A stretch of 20,000 bases of DNA from Brevibacterium luteolum (GCF_013004595.1 NZ_JABEMC010000002.1:423886-443885), one strand, 5' to 3'. Shown: positions 1 to 9,753, counted from the stretch's first letter. The notes: a model not told the origin generated them from the letters alone. Numbers and translations are program-made.

Positions 1-1
1 C

Positions 2-1033
2 CACGTCCATGTGTGCTTCTCCGATGCGGGATCGCTGACCGCCTTCACCGAACCGTTCTCACTGCAGTTCTACAAGTCCGTCGTCCACCTGCAGCGCACC
101 CTGCAGGCCGGGGTCACCACTGCCCGTGATGCCGGCGGCGCCGACGCCGGAGTGCGTCACGCTCTGCAGACCGGGCTCATCAGCGGTCCCGACCTCCGCC
201 TGGCGATCTCGATCATGTCCCAGACCGGCGGGCACGGTGACGGGCAGATGCTCTCAGGCTGCTCGATGCCGATGCTCACCAGCCATCCCGGCCGACCCGA
301 CGGTGTCGCCGACGGGCCTGAGGGGGTGCTGCGGAAGGTGCGAGAGATCCTGCGCGCTGGCGCCGATCAGATCAAGATCTGCTCGACCGGCGGGGTGCTG
401 TCGCCGACTGACGATCCCCGGCACTCACAGTTCACCGAGGAGGAGATCGCCGTCATCGTCTCCGAGGCGCACGCCCAGGGCTCCTATGTCATGTCCCATG
501 CCCAGGGGACCGAGGGGATCAAGAACGCGCTGCGGGCTGGGGTTCGTTCGATCGAACACGGCATCTACCTCGACGACGAGTCGATCGAGATGATGCTCGA
601 GGCCGGCACCTTCCTCGTTCCGACTCTGCAGGCCCCGATGTCCGTCATCGCCGCCGCCGATGCCGGTGCACCCCTGCCGCCAGCTGTCGTCGACAAGGCC
701 CGGCGGGTCGCTGAGACGCACGCCGCTTCGATCGCCGCCGCCTACGAGGCCGGTGTGCAGATCGCGATGGGCACCGATGCCGGAGTCGGCGAGCACGGGC
801 AGAATCTCGAGGAGATCGAGCTGATGATCGCCAACGGCATGGCCCCTGTCGATGCGCTCGCCTCCGCCACCTCGGTCGCGGCACGCCTGCTCGATGACGA
901 GAACATCGGGCGGATCGCACCCGGTCAGACAGCTGACCTTGTGCTCTTCGACACCGACCTGCGTGACGGCGGAGCCGAGAAGATCCGCCAGCACACCATC
1001 GGTGTGTGGCAGGCCGGTAGGCGCGTGCGCTGA
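2..1033 (+). CDS. Metal-dependent amidohydrolase (Xaa-Pro dipeptidase/ochratoxinase-like subgroup), 5' end outside the window
   Basis: The frame is open from base 2 (CAC GTC CAT = HVH, the HxH metal motif). It also contains GVTTARDAGG, a candidate carbamylated Lys in IKICSTGG, MSHAQG, SIEHG and GTDAG. The true start lies upstream of the window. Confidence 0.9.
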   Translation, partial: HVHVCFSDAGSLTAFTEPFSLQFYKSVVHLQRTLQAGVTTARDAGGADAGVRHALQTGLISGPDLRLAISIMSQTGGHGDGQMLSGCSMPMLTSHPGRPDGVADGPEGVLRKVREILRAGADQIKICSTGGVLSPTDDPRHSQFTEEEIAVIVSEAHAQGSYVMSHAQGTEGIKNALRAGVRSIEHGIYLDDESIEMMLEAGTFLVPTLQAPMSVIAAADAGAPLPPAVVDKARRVAETHAASIAAAYEAGVQIAMGTDAGVGEHGQNLEEIELMIANGMAPVDALASATSVAARLLDDENIGRIAPGQTADLVLFDTDLRDGGAEKIRQHTIGVWQAGRRVR

Positions 1034-1181
1034 GACCTTCCGGCACCCAGGCTCAGCGCTGTGTCGGCACCCCCTGCTCTCCCAGTTGTGATCTGTGCTT
1101 CGCTCCCGTCGGCTGAGAATCTGCATTGTCCAGGCGTTTCGATCGGTGACAGCCTGACAGCAGTATGCACAAGGGAGTGTC

Positions 1182-1310
1182 ATGTACGACGTCATCGTCA
1201 TCGCTATCGCCCTCGTCGCCTGTCTGGCGGTCGGGGAGCTCATCTCCACTCAGTGCGGGGTCGGGAAAATCCACCTTCCTGCGTTGCATCAATCTGTTGG
1301 AGCAGCCTGA
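1182..1310 (+). pseudogene. N-terminal remnant of a membrane-protein gene (42-codon ORF, only ~23 codons likely authentic)
   Basis: AAGGGAG RBS at 1171-1177, then ATG at 1182 giving [23 protein letters not shown], a hydrophobic helix with GC3-rich codons. It then runs out of frame into ATPase DNA and stops at TGA 1308-1310. Not in the ORF track. Confidence 0.5.
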
Positions 1311-1896
1311 TGGCGGGCGGATCCTGGTTAAGGGTGAGGACGTAGGCTACACGGTCAAACGGGATCGATTGCATCAGCTCCCTCCGCGAGAACTGGCACG
1401 GAGGCGCGCCCGAATCGGCATGGTGTTTCAGCAGTTCAACCTGTTCACGCACATGACAGTCTTGGAGAACATCACTGAAGGTCCTGTCGGCGTCCTGGGT
1501 CATAAGCGCAGCGCCGCGAACCGGCGTGCTGCGGAGTTGCTTGATCTGGTCGGGCTGGCTGGGCGAGAGAAGGCCTATCCGGAGCAGCTTTCGGGAGGAC
1601 AGCAGCAACGGGTCGCGATCGCTCGCGCATTGGCGATGGACCCAGCACTCGTGCTCTTCGACGAGCCGACCTCGGCTCTCGACCCCGAGCTCGTCGGCGA
1701 GGTGCTCTCGACGATGCGCACACTAGCCGACGGAGGACTGACGATGGTGGTCGTCACCCATGAGATCTCGTTCGCCAGAGAAGCAGCAGATCGCGTGATC
1801 TTCATCGACGGCGGTGTCATCGTTGAGCAGGGGCCACCTGAAGACGTGCTTGATCACCCCCAGCACGCCAGGACTCGGGAGTTCCTCGCTCGGTGA
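1255..1896 (+). pseudogene. 5'-truncated polar amino-acid ABC transporter ATP-binding subunit (GlnQ/HisP family)
   Basis: [16 protein letters not shown]-loop MVFQQFNLF, signature [15 protein letters not shown], Walker [11 protein letters not shown] and H-loop VVTHE are present. The first ~35 residues and the first Walker A Gly are missing (LSAGSGKST instead of GPSGSGKST). The ORF-track N-terminus from 1165 is Ser-rich and not ABC-like. No adjacent permease or binding protein. Confidence 0.75.
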
Positions 1897-1936
1897 ACTC
1901 AGACGTCACCGGCAGAATCACTCTGCTCGTGATGGC

Positions 1937-1967
1937 GGTCGGGGCAGCTCCTGCAGCTGCCCCGACC
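1937..1967. terminator. Hairpin between convergent genes, probable intrinsic terminator
   Basis: 13-bp perfect stem GGTCGGGGCAGCT / AGCTGCCCCGACC with a 5-nt loop, followed by CTTT on the + strand. Confidence 0.7.
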
Positions 1968-1983
1968 CTTTCGTATCTGCGCT

Positions 1984-3366
1984 TCAGATCAGCTCCCACG
2001 CGTCGGTGAGCACCGAGCGGATGATCTGCTCCATCTCCTCGAAGTCTTCCGGGCCGCAGGTCAGCGGCGGGGAGAGCTGGATGACCGGTTCGCCGCGGTC
2101 ATCGGCGCGGCAGTACAGGCCGCGCTCGTACAGTGCAGAGGAGACGAAGCCCTTGAGGACGCGCTCGCACTCCTCAGCGGTGAAGGTCTCCTTCGTCGCC
2201 TGATCCTTGACCAGCTCGATGCCGTAGAAGTAGCCCTCGCCGCGCACATCGCCGACGATCGGAAGGTCGAGCAGCTTCTCCAGGGTCTTGCGGAACGTCG
2301 GTGCGTTCGTGGCGACCCGGGTGTTGAGCTCTTCGCTTTCGAAGATGTCGAGATTGGCCATCGCGACGTGGCAGGCAACGGGGTGACCGCCGAAGGTGTA
2401 ACCGTGGTAGAAGGTCTCCCCGCCCTTGCCGAAGGGCTCGAACAGACGATCCGATGCGATCATCGCACCCAGTGGCGCATAGCCGGAGGTGATGCCCTTG
2501 GCGCAGGTGATGATGTCGGGGACGAAGTCGAAGTCGTTGCAGGCGAACATCGAACCGATGCGGCCGAAGGCGCAGATCGTCTCATCGGAGACGAGCAGCA
2601 CGTCATGCTCATCGCAGATCTCGCGCACCCGCTCGAAATAGCCCGGCGGCGGCGGGAAGCAGCCGCCGGAGTTCTGCACCGGCTCGAGGAACACGGCTGC
2701 CACCGAATCGGCGCCCTCGAACTCGATGGCCTCCGCGATGCGGTCGGCTGCCCACTGGCCGAAGGCCTTCTCATCACCGGCGAAGCGGTCATCGGCACGG
2801 TAGAAGTTCGTGTTCGGCACCTTGTGGGCACCCGGCACGAGCGGAGCGAACTGATTGCGCAGATCCGGCAGGGAGGTGACGCTCAGCGCACCGTGCGGAG
2901 TGCCGTGGTAGGCGGTGGCGCGGGAGATGACCTTGTGCTTGCCGGGCTTGCCGGTGAGCCGGAAGTAGTTCTTCGCCAGCTTGAGCGCCGACTCGACCGA
3001 GTCGCCGCCGCCGGAGGTGAGGAACACGCGGTTGAGGTCACCGGGGGCGTAGCCGGCCAGGCGCTCAGAGAGCTGGATGGCCGGTTCGTGGGTGTAGGAC
3101 CACAGGGGGAAGAAGCCGAGCTTCTTCGTCTGGTCGTAGGCGGCCTGGGCGAGTTCCTCACGGCCATGGCCGACCTGAACGACGAACAGTCCGGCGAGAC
3201 CGTCGATGAGCTTTCTGCCGGTGTCGTCGAAGATGTGGTGGCCCTCGCCGTGGGTGATGACCGGGGTGCGGCCGCCCTCGAAGAGGTGCTTGTGATTGGC
3301 CATGTGCATCCACACGTGATCGCGGATGCCGGTTTGAAGGTTGTGCTGTTCCACGTGGTTCTCCAC
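1984..3366 (-). CDS. Class-III PLP-dependent omega-aminotransferase (putrescine/omega-amino-acid:pyruvate transaminase type)
   Basis: DGLAGLF, TSGGGDSVE, YHGT, FLEPVQNSGG, SDETICAFGR, the PLP lysine in TCAKGITSGY, and HGYTFGGHP. The GTG start lies 3 nt after the Lrp stop. Polyamine-locus context. Confidence 0.9.
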   Translation of the reverse strand: MENHVEQHNLQTGIRDHVWMHMANHKHLFEGGRTPVITHGEGHHIFDDTGRKLIDGLAGLFVVQVGHGREELAQAAYDQTKKLGFFPLWSYTHEPAIQLSERLAGYAPGDLNRVFLTSGGGDSVESALKLAKNYFRLTGKPGKHKVISRATAYHGTPHGALSVTSLPDLRNQFAPLVPGAHKVPNTNFYRADDRFAGDEKAFGQWAADRIAEAIEFEGADSVAAVFLEPVQNSGGCFPPPPGYFERVREICDEHDVLLVSDETICAFGRIGSMFACNDFDFVPDIITCAKGITSGYAPLGAMIASDRLFEPFGKGGETFYHGYTFGGHPVACHVAMANLDIFESEELNTRVATNAPTFRKTLEKLLDLPIVGDVRGEGYFYGIELVKDQATKETFTAEECERVLKGFVSSALYERGLYCRADDRGEPVIQLSPPLTCGPEDFEEMEQIIRSVLTDAWELI

Positions 3367-3369
3367 TTC

Positions 3370-3840
3370 CTAGCGTGTGCCCCAGTTGTACTTCTGGTCC
3401 CAGAGCTTGAGGTACATCATCGTCTCGGTTGATTCGACATGCTCGATCGAGCGCAGCTGCCGCAGCAGGGCCAGCAGCTCATCGTCATCAGCGCAGACGA
3501 CTTCGATGAGGATGTCGTAGACCCCAGCGGTGACGACGGTGTAGTCGACCTGCGGCAGCTGGCTGAGGATCTCGGCGGTCTCAGTGATGTCTCCGCTGAC
3601 CTTCACCCCGATCATCGCCTGCCGGTGAAAGCCCAGCTGCAGGGGAGAGGTGACGGCCACGATCTGCATGACCCCGGCTGCGGTGAGCTTGGAAACCCGC
3701 TGGCGCACGGCCGCCTCGGACATGCCGATGTCGCGGCCGATCTCGGCGTAGCTGCGCCTGCCGTCCTGCTGAAGGGCCTCGATGATCGCCTTCGACTTGG
3801 CATCGAGCTCCGTATCCGGCGCAGGGGTCTCAGCGGTCAT
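3370..3840 (-). CDS. Lrp/AsnC-family transcriptional regulator
   Basis: HTH LDAKSKAIIEALQQDGRRSYAEIGRDIGMSEAAVRQRV and a RAM domain containing AGVYDILIEV. The start is set at ATG 3840, preceded by AAGGAGG, rather than 3891. Confidence 0.93.
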   Translation of the reverse strand: MTAETPAPDTELDAKSKAIIEALQQDGRRSYAEIGRDIGMSEAAVRQRVSKLTAAGVMQIVAVTSPLQLGFHRQAMIGVKVSGDITETAEILSQLPQVDYTVVTAGVYDILIEVVCADDDELLALLRQLRSIEHVESTETMMYLKLWDQKYNWGTR

Positions 3841-3870
3841 GACGCCTCCTTCAGAACTCACCATAACAAT

Positions 3871-3941
3871 GCAATCAGTGGTTCGTACCATATCTGATTG
3901 CGAAAACAGTTTGCAAGAGTGACCAGGAGTACGAAATCAGT
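3871..3941. promoter_or_regulatory. Putative Lrp/AsnC operator array (three motifs at 31-bp spacing plus one inverted copy)
   Basis: GCAATCAGT at 3871, GAAAACAGT at 3902 and GAAATCAGT at 3933, plus the inverted CTGATTGC at 3894-3901, in an AT-rich divergent intergenic region. Confidence 0.6.
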
Positions 3942-3969
3942 AGACATTGCGGGGAGGTGTCGTTACTCT
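3941..3969 (+). promoter_or_regulatory. SigA-type promoter for the ALDH-pot operon
   Basis: TAGACA (-35, 3941-3946), a 17-bp spacer and TACTCT (-10, 3964-3969), about 97 bp upstream of the ALDH ATG. Confidence 0.6.
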
Positions 3970-4065
3970 GGTGAAACGCTGATGTGCCTCGCCTCACACC
4001 ACGGCACCACCTGTGCCGGGGCAGGACCCCAGTTCAGCACCACCGACACGGAGGTTCGAAGACCC

Positions 4066-5556
4066 ATGCACGTCATCAACGGGCAGCGCACCCCCGGCAC
4101 AGGACCGGAGTTCGTCCGCCGCTCACCGGCCACCGGGGCAGAGGTCGCCCGTTACCGCCTGGCCAGCCCCGCCGACGTCGACGCAGCCGTCACCGCAGCC
4201 GCCGAGGCCTTCCCCGGCTGGAAGAACACCACACCCGGCGAGCGCTCCGATCTGCTCTTCGCCCTCGCCGCCGGACTCGAGGCCCGGGCAGCCGAACTCG
4301 CCGAGCTCGAATCGGCCCAGACGGGCAAGTCGATCCGACTGGCCACCGAGTTCGATATACCCGGCAGCATCGACAACGCCCGGTTCTTCGCCGGCGCCGC
4401 CCGCCAGCTCACCGGACTGGCCGCAGGCTCCTACTGGCCGAACTCCACGTCGATGACCCGGCGGGAGCCGATCGGCGTCATCGGCTCGATCGCCCCGTGG
4501 AACTACCCGCTGCAGATGGCGGCCAGGAAGATCTTCCCCGCTGTGGCCGCTGGCAACACCATCGTGCTCAAGACCTCCGAACTGACACCGGGAACCTCGC
4601 TCATCCTCGCCGAGGTCGCCGCCGAAGTCGGCTTCCCTCCCGGTGTCATCAACGTCATCGCAGGCGACGGCCAGAGCGCCGGAGAGGCGCTAGTGCGCGA
4701 TGCGCGGGTCGTCATGACCTCCTTCACCGGCTCGACGGCTGTCGGCCGGAAGGTCATGGAGATGTGCGCAGCCAAGGGTGCGCGCGTCCACCTCGAGCTC
4801 GGCGGTAAGGCCCCGTTCGTCGTCTTCGACGACGCCGATGTCGAAGCCGCAGCCCGCGGCGCAGTCGCCGGCTCCCTCATCAACGGCGGCCAGGACTGCA
4901 CCGCCGCCACCCGCGCGATCGTCCACCGCAGCATCTTCGAGGACTTCTGCACCCGCGTCACCGAGCTCATGAACGGCGTCATCATCGGCGATCCCGACGA
5001 TGCGACCACCGGCCTCGGCTCCCTCATCAGCACCGAGCACCGTGACCGGGTCGCCGGCTTCGTTGAGCGCGCCCGCGCGGCCGGTGCCCGGATCCGGTGC
5101 GGTGGTGCGATCCCAGCCACCGCCTCGGGCGCGGGGGAGAGCGTCTACTACGCACCGACCCTCATCACCGGCATCGGCACCGAGGCCGAGGTGTGGCGCG
5201 AGGAGATCTTCGGTCCCGTGCTCGTGGCCATGCCCTTCGACGACGATGACGAGGCGATCGAACTGGCCAACGACACCGTCTATGGGCTGGCCGCCAGCGC
5301 CTGGACGACCACGACCCGCCGGGCGCTGCGCGCGGCAGCCGAGATCGAAGCCGGCTGCGTGTGGATCAACGAGCACATCCCGGTCATCTCCGAGATGCCG
5401 CACGGCGGATACAAGGCCTCCGGATTCGGCAAGGACATGTCGCAGTACTCCTTCGAGGAGTACACGCAGGTCAAACACGTCCTCATCGACGAAAGCCCCG
5501 ACGCCCACCGCGACTGGCAGGACATCATCTTCACCACCGACAAGGAGCGGGCATGA
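4066..5556 (+). CDS. Gamma-aminobutyraldehyde dehydrogenase-like ALDH (PatD/YdcW type)
   Basis: PWNYPL, FTGST, the catalytic Glu in LELGGKAP, the catalytic Cys in GQDCTAA, EEIFGPV, and the PatD-like C-terminus [33 protein letters not shown] upstream of ATG 4066. Confidence 0.88.
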   Translation: MHVINGQRTPGTGPEFVRRSPATGAEVARYRLASPADVDAAVTAAAEAFPGWKNTTPGERSDLLFALAAGLEARAAELAELESAQTGKSIRLATEFDIPGSIDNARFFAGAARQLTGLAAGSYWPNSTSMTRREPIGVIGSIAPWNYPLQMAARKIFPAVAAGNTIVLKTSELTPGTSLILAEVAAEVGFPPGVINVIAGDGQSAGEALVRDARVVMTSFTGSTAVGRKVMEMCAAKGARVHLELGGKAPFVVFDDADVEAAARGAVAGSLINGGQDCTAATRAIVHRSIFEDFCTRVTELMNGVIIGDPDDATTGLGSLISTEHRDRVAGFVERARAAGARIRCGGAIPATASGAGESVYYAPTLITGIGTEAEVWREEIFGPVLVAMPFDDDDEAIELANDTVYGLAASAWTTTTRRALRAAAEIEAGCVWINEHIPVISEMPHGGYKASGFGKDMSQYSFEEYTQVKHVLIDESPDAHRDWQDIIFTTDKERA

Positions 5557-6806
5557 GCGCGCACACCGAGACCACCGCCGCACAGCCTCCCGGCACCAGG
5601 GCCGGCACCGCGGGCACCCGCCACAGCGGCGAGGGCCCCGGGCAGCTGGAGATCCGCGGGGTGACCAAGCGCTTCGGCAGCCACACCGCCCTGAGCGAAC
5701 TCGACCTCACCGTCGAGGCCGGGGAGTTCCTGTCCCTGCTCGGGCCCTCCGGCTGCGGCAAGACGACCCTGCTGCGGATGATCGCCGGCTTCGAGGAGCC
5801 GACCACCGGGCACATCCTGCTCTCCGGCCAGGACCTCGTCGGCGTGCCGGCTCACCGCCGGCCGGTCAACACCGTCTTCCAGTCCTACGCTCTGTTCCCG
5901 CACATGAGCGTGTCCGACAACGTCGCCTATGGGCTCAAGCAGAAGCGCGTGCCCAAGACCGAGATCCGCGAGCGCGTCATCGAAGCGCTGCGGCTGGTGC
6001 AGATGGGCGGGTTCGCCGACCGCAAGCCCGACCAGCTCTCCGGCGGCCAGCAGCAGCGTGTCGCCCTCGCCCGGGCGCTGGTCAATCGGCCGCAGGTGCT
6101 GCTGCTCGATGAGCCGATGTCGGCACTCGATCGCAAGCTGCGCGAGGAGATGCAGATCGAGCTCAAGCGCCTGCACGCCGAACTCGGTATGACCTTCGTC
6201 TTCGTCACCCACGACCAGGAGGAGGCACTGGCGATGAGCGACCGGATCGTCGTGCTCAACGCCGGGAAGATCCAGCAGGTCGGCACCGCCGAGGAGATCT
6301 ACTCCAGGCCCGCCAACCGGTTCGTCGCAGGCTTCATCGGCAAGCAGAACTTCGTCTCCGCCACCCTCGACTCGATCGACGGCGACACCGCCGTGCTGCG
6401 CACCGCCCGCTCCCTCATCACCGTGCCGGCCGGACTGCTGGGACCAGAGGCGAAGCCCGGCGGATCCGTTGAGGCGGCCGTGCGCCCGGAGATCATCGAC
6501 GTCACCCCGCTCGACACCGCCGGCAGCGACAGCACGGCCAGCGGTGACAGCAGGGGCGGCAGCGACAGCAGAGCCGGCAGCGGCAGTGCGGCCGGCGGTG
6601 ACAGCAGGGAGCTCACCGATGCCGTCGACGGCGAGATCGTCGGGGTGTCCTTCCTCGGCGACGTCGTGCAGTACATCGTCCGGCTGCGCGACGGCCATGA
6701 AGTCCTCGCCCGCGTCCCGGCACTCACGAGCGACCACCTCGGGCCCGGTGCCCGGGTGCGGCTGTCATGGGGACGCAACCAGGCGCAGGTGTTCTGCGAT
6801 GGCTGA
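5553..6806 (+). CDS. potA: Polyamine ABC transporter ATP-binding protein
   Basis: [48 protein letters not shown] and a C-terminal TOBE domain. ATGA overlap with the ALDH stop and an AAGGAG RBS. Confidence 0.92.
   Translation: MSAHTETTAAQPPGTRAGTAGTRHSGEGPGQLEIRGVTKRFGSHTALSELDLTVEAGEFLSLLGPSGCGKTTLLRMIAGFEEPTTGHILLSGQDLVGVPAHRRPVNTVFQSYALFPHMSVSDNVAYGLKQKRVPKTEIRERVIEALRLVQMGGFADRKPDQLSGGQQQRVALARALVNRPQVLLLDEPMSALDRKLREEMQIELKRLHAELGMTFVFVTHDQEEALAMSDRIVVLNAGKIQQVGTAEEIYSRPANRFVAGFIGKQNFVSATLDSIDGDTAVLRTARSLITVPAGLLGPEAKPGGSVEAAVRPEIIDVTPLDTAGSDSTASGDSRGGSDSRAGSGSAAGGDSRELTDAVDGEIVGVSFLGDVVQYIVRLRDGHEVLARVPALTSDHLGPGARVRLSWGRNQAQVFCDG
6519..6608 (+). repeat. In-frame degenerate tandem repeat, 5 x 18 bp, inside potA
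   Basis: Units gccggcagcgacagcacg / gccagcggtgacagcagg / ggcggcagcgacagcaga / gccggcagcggcagtgcg / gccggcggtgacagcagg, encoding [30 protein letters not shown]. Confidence 0.85.
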
Positions 6807-7986
6807 GCGCAACCACCGCGTGCGCTTCCTCGCACCCCGCTCCGAGGCCCCGCGCATCCGCCGGCAGCTGCTGAGCGCTGCCGGTCCGAGCCGGCGGGCC
6901 TTCCTCACCGGCGTGGGACTGGCCGGGCTGGCCGGGCTCAGCGCCTGCGGGCAGACCGGCCGGATGGCCAGCTCCCCGCCGGCCGACGGCGAGATCGAGG
7001 CGAAGCTCAACCTGTACTCATGGGGCGACTACGACGACCCCGAGATCATCAGCGAATTCAGCGACACCGCCGGCGTGCGCGTGCAGGTCGACTCCTACGG
7101 CTCGAACGACGAGCTGATGGCCAAACTCGCCGGCACCCGCGGCACCTCCGGCTACGACATCGTCGTGCCGACCGGCTCGCGGGTGCAGCAGATGATCGAA
7201 CACGACCTCATCCAGCCGCTCGACCTGACGCGGATCCCGAACTTTGCGAACATGGACCCGAACTTCATCCACCAGGAGTTCGACCCGGAGAACCGGTACT
7301 CGATCTGCAAGGCCTGGGGCACCACCGGCTACGTCTACGACCGCACCGTCATCGACCGGGAGCTGACCAGCTGGCAGGACTTCATCGACGCCGCCGGCAC
7401 AGACGCCTCCGGCTCGACCGCGATCCTCGAAGACCCCTGGGAGCTCACCGCGATCGCCCTCGCCTCGATGGGCGAGGACGTCAACACCGTCGACGAGGCG
7501 ATCCTGGAGAAAGCCAAGACGATCGTCGTCGACGACATCGCCCCGCATGTGCGCGCCTATATGGGCAACGCCGCCCAGGGCATGACCCAGGGCGGGCTGA
7601 GCCTGCTGCACGCCTTCAACGGCGACGCCCGGCAGGGACTGCTCGAATCCGATGACCCGGACCGGTGGCAGTTCGTCTTCCCGACCCCGGTCGCCAACCT
7701 GTGGATGGACAACTGGTGCCTGGCCACCGGCGCCCCGCACCCGGATGCCGCCTACGCCTTCATCAACCACATGATCAGCCCTGACGCCGCGCTGCGCAAC
7801 GTCGACTACATCGGCTACCACGTCGGCACCCAGGGCCTGAAGGAGGAAGCCGCCGACTTCGACTTCCCCGACATCATCTTCCCCGAACAGGAGATCCTCG
7901 ACCGGCTCGTGCCCTCCGAAGAAGGGGCCGGCATCCAGCCGCGGGTTGAGATCTACACCGCCGCACAGACGAGGAGTTCAGCATGA
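6799..7986 (+). CDS. potD: Polyamine ABC transporter substrate-binding lipoprotein (PotD/PotF family), predicted Tat export
   Basis: [28 protein letters not shown] and AYAFIN motifs. Twin-arginine SRRAFL followed by an h-region and the lipobox LSAC. ATG 6799 overlaps the end of potA. Confidence 0.9.
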   Translation: MAERNHRVRFLAPRSEAPRIRRQLLSAAGPSRRAFLTGVGLAGLAGLSACGQTGRMASSPPADGEIEAKLNLYSWGDYDDPEIISEFSDTAGVRVQVDSYGSNDELMAKLAGTRGTSGYDIVVPTGSRVQQMIEHDLIQPLDLTRIPNFANMDPNFIHQEFDPENRYSICKAWGTTGYVYDRTVIDRELTSWQDFIDAAGTDASGSTAILEDPWELTAIALASMGEDVNTVDEAILEKAKTIVVDDIAPHVRAYMGNAAQGMTQGGLSLLHAFNGDARQGLLESDDPDRWQFVFPTPVANLWMDNWCLATGAPHPDAAYAFINHMISPDAALRNVDYIGYHVGTQGLKEEAADFDFPDIIFPEQEILDRLVPSEEGAGIQPRVEIYTAAQTRSSA

Positions 7987-8912
7987 AGCGCTTCGCCGCC
8001 CGCATCCTCGGCCCCGGAGCGCTCGCGTTCCCCACCTGGGCCTACGTCGTGTTCTTCTTCGTCATCCCCGTCGCCCTCGTACTCTGGTACAGCTTCGGGT
8101 ACAAGCCCGACGAATTCACCACCGTGTCGATGGAGCAGCTGAGCTTCGACCGCTACTCCGAAGCCTTGACCTCCTCATCCCTGGCGACGTTCCTCGCCAC
8201 TTTGCGGATCTCGATCGTCGGCACCATCATCTGCCTGCTCATCTCCATCCCGTTCGCCTACTGGCTGGCCGTCAAAGTCCGGCCCGAACGGCGCGGACTG
8301 CTGCTGGCGCTGGTGATGGTGCCGTTCTGGACGAACTTCCTCGTGCGCACCCTCGGCTGGCAGATCATGCTCTCCAACGAGGGCTTCGTCTCCAAGACCC
8401 TCCAGGCCATCGGCTTATCCGACGGAGGCCTCGACATCCTCTACACCCGCACCGCCGTGCAGATCGGCGTGGTCTACAACTACCTGCCGCTCATGATCCT
8501 GCCGCTGTTCGTGGCCATGGACGCAGCCGGACGGCACCTGCGCGAAGCCAGCTACGACCTCGGCGCCGGACCCTGGAAGACCTTCTTCACCGTCACCCTG
8601 CCGCTGGCCATGCCCGGCGTGGTCTCCGGCTGCCTGCTCGTGTTCATCCCGCTCAACGGCGACTACGTCACCGCCACCGTGCTCGGCGGAGCGAGCGGCT
8701 CGATGGCCGGCCAGCTTATCGCCAACCAGTTCAACACCGCCCAGAACTGGGCACTCGGCGCGGCGATGGCCGTCATCCTCATGCTCGCCACCCTTATCGT
8801 CGTCGCGCTCGGCGGGCTGCTGCTGTGGGGGCTGCGCTCACTGATGGAGAGGCTGAACTCGGTGCGCATCACCCCGCCCGAGCCGGCCGTGAGCGAAGGG
8901 AGCCGCGCATGA
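7983..8912 (+). CDS. potB: Polyamine ABC transporter permease (PotB type)
   Basis: Multiple TM segments, PFWTNFLVR, YNYLPLMILPL and the EAA loop EASYDLGA. ATGA overlap with potD. Confidence 0.92.
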   Translation: MKRFAARILGPGALAFPTWAYVVFFFVIPVALVLWYSFGYKPDEFTTVSMEQLSFDRYSEALTSSSLATFLATLRISIVGTIICLLISIPFAYWLAVKVRPERRGLLLALVMVPFWTNFLVRTLGWQIMLSNEGFVSKTLQAIGLSDGGLDILYTRTAVQIGVVYNYLPLMILPLFVAMDAAGRHLREASYDLGAGPWKTFFTVTLPLAMPGVVSGCLLVFIPLNGDYVTATVLGGASGSMAGQLIANQFNTAQNWALGAAMAVILMLATLIVVALGGLLLWGLRSLMERLNSVRITPPEPAVSEGSRA

Positions 8913-9751
8913 GACGTCAGGCCCGCGACCTCGGGTTCACCCTGTGGGGTGTGCTCGTCTTCATCTACCTCTTCGCCCCGATCGCCGTCATCGTCGCCTA
9001 CTCCTTCAACACCGGGCGCATCCTCGCCTCCTGGCAGGGATTCGGCTTCGACGCCTACATCTCGGGCATCAACAACGACGTCATCGTCTCCTCGGTCATC
9101 ACCAGCCTGCAGGCCGCCGTCGGCTCTGCGCTGCTGGCCACCGTGCTCGGCACCCTCGGCGGCATCGCGCTCGCCCGCGCCAGGCTCGGCACCTGGTGGG
9201 CCCTCGGCCTGACCGGACTGCTGGCGACCACGCTCGTGACCCCGGAGATCGTCGACGGCATCTCGTTCCTGCCGTGGTTCGTCACCCTCGGCGTGGACGC
9301 GGACCTCACCTGGTTCAACAACGGGCTTGTGCGCCTCATCGTGTCCCATGCGATGTTCTCCGTGGCCGTCGTGACCTTCATCGTCCGCGCCCGCATGGCC
9401 GGCGTCGACACCTCCCTGCAGGAGGCCAGCGCCGACCTCGGGGCGACCCCGTGGACGACCTTCCGCCGGGTCACCCTGCCGATCGCCGCCCCCGGCGTGA
9501 TGGCCGGTGCGCTCATGTCGTTCACCCTCAGCCTCGACAACACGATCCTCTCCAGCTTCGTCCAGCAGCCCGGCTACACGCCCTGGCCGGTCTACATCTT
9601 CTCCGCCGTGCGCGTGGCGCTGCGCCCAGAGGTCGCCGCGATCTCGACGGTGATGCTGCTGCTGACCCTCATCGCCCTCGCACTTGTCGGCCTCGTGCTG
9701 CGCCGCTCGGGCGAATCATCCACCGACATCGTCAAAACCATCGTGAGGTAG
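8909..9751 (+). CDS. potC: Polyamine ABC transporter permease (PotC type)
   Basis: YLFAPIAVIVAYSFN, PEIV, EASADLGA and FTLSLD. ATGA overlap at 8909; the ORF-track start at 7946 is a spurious extension. Confidence 0.92.
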   Translation: MRRQARDLGFTLWGVLVFIYLFAPIAVIVAYSFNTGRILASWQGFGFDAYISGINNDVIVSSVITSLQAAVGSALLATVLGTLGGIALARARLGTWWALGLTGLLATTLVTPEIVDGISFLPWFVTLGVDADLTWFNNGLVRLIVSHAMFSVAVVTFIVRARMAGVDTSLQEASADLGATPWTTFRRVTLPIAAPGVMAGALMSFTLSLDNTILSSFVQQPGYTPWPVYIFSAVRVALRPEVAAISTVMLLLTLIALALVGLVLRRSGESSTDIVKTIVR

Positions 9752-9753
9752 CC

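Noticed and set aside
1165..1254. ORF-track N-terminus [18 protein letters not shown]... as the real start of the ABC ATPase
   Set aside because: It has no ABC N-terminal strand or complete Walker A and is the off-frame reading of the hydrophobic ORF starting at 1182.
3898..4065. Upstream extensions in the ORF track (3898 for ALDH; likewise 3891, 5361, 6469, 7946, 8944, 11867)
   Set aside because: These are stop-poor shadow frames in high-GC DNA. Family homology, RBSs and stop/start overlaps point to the downstream starts used here.
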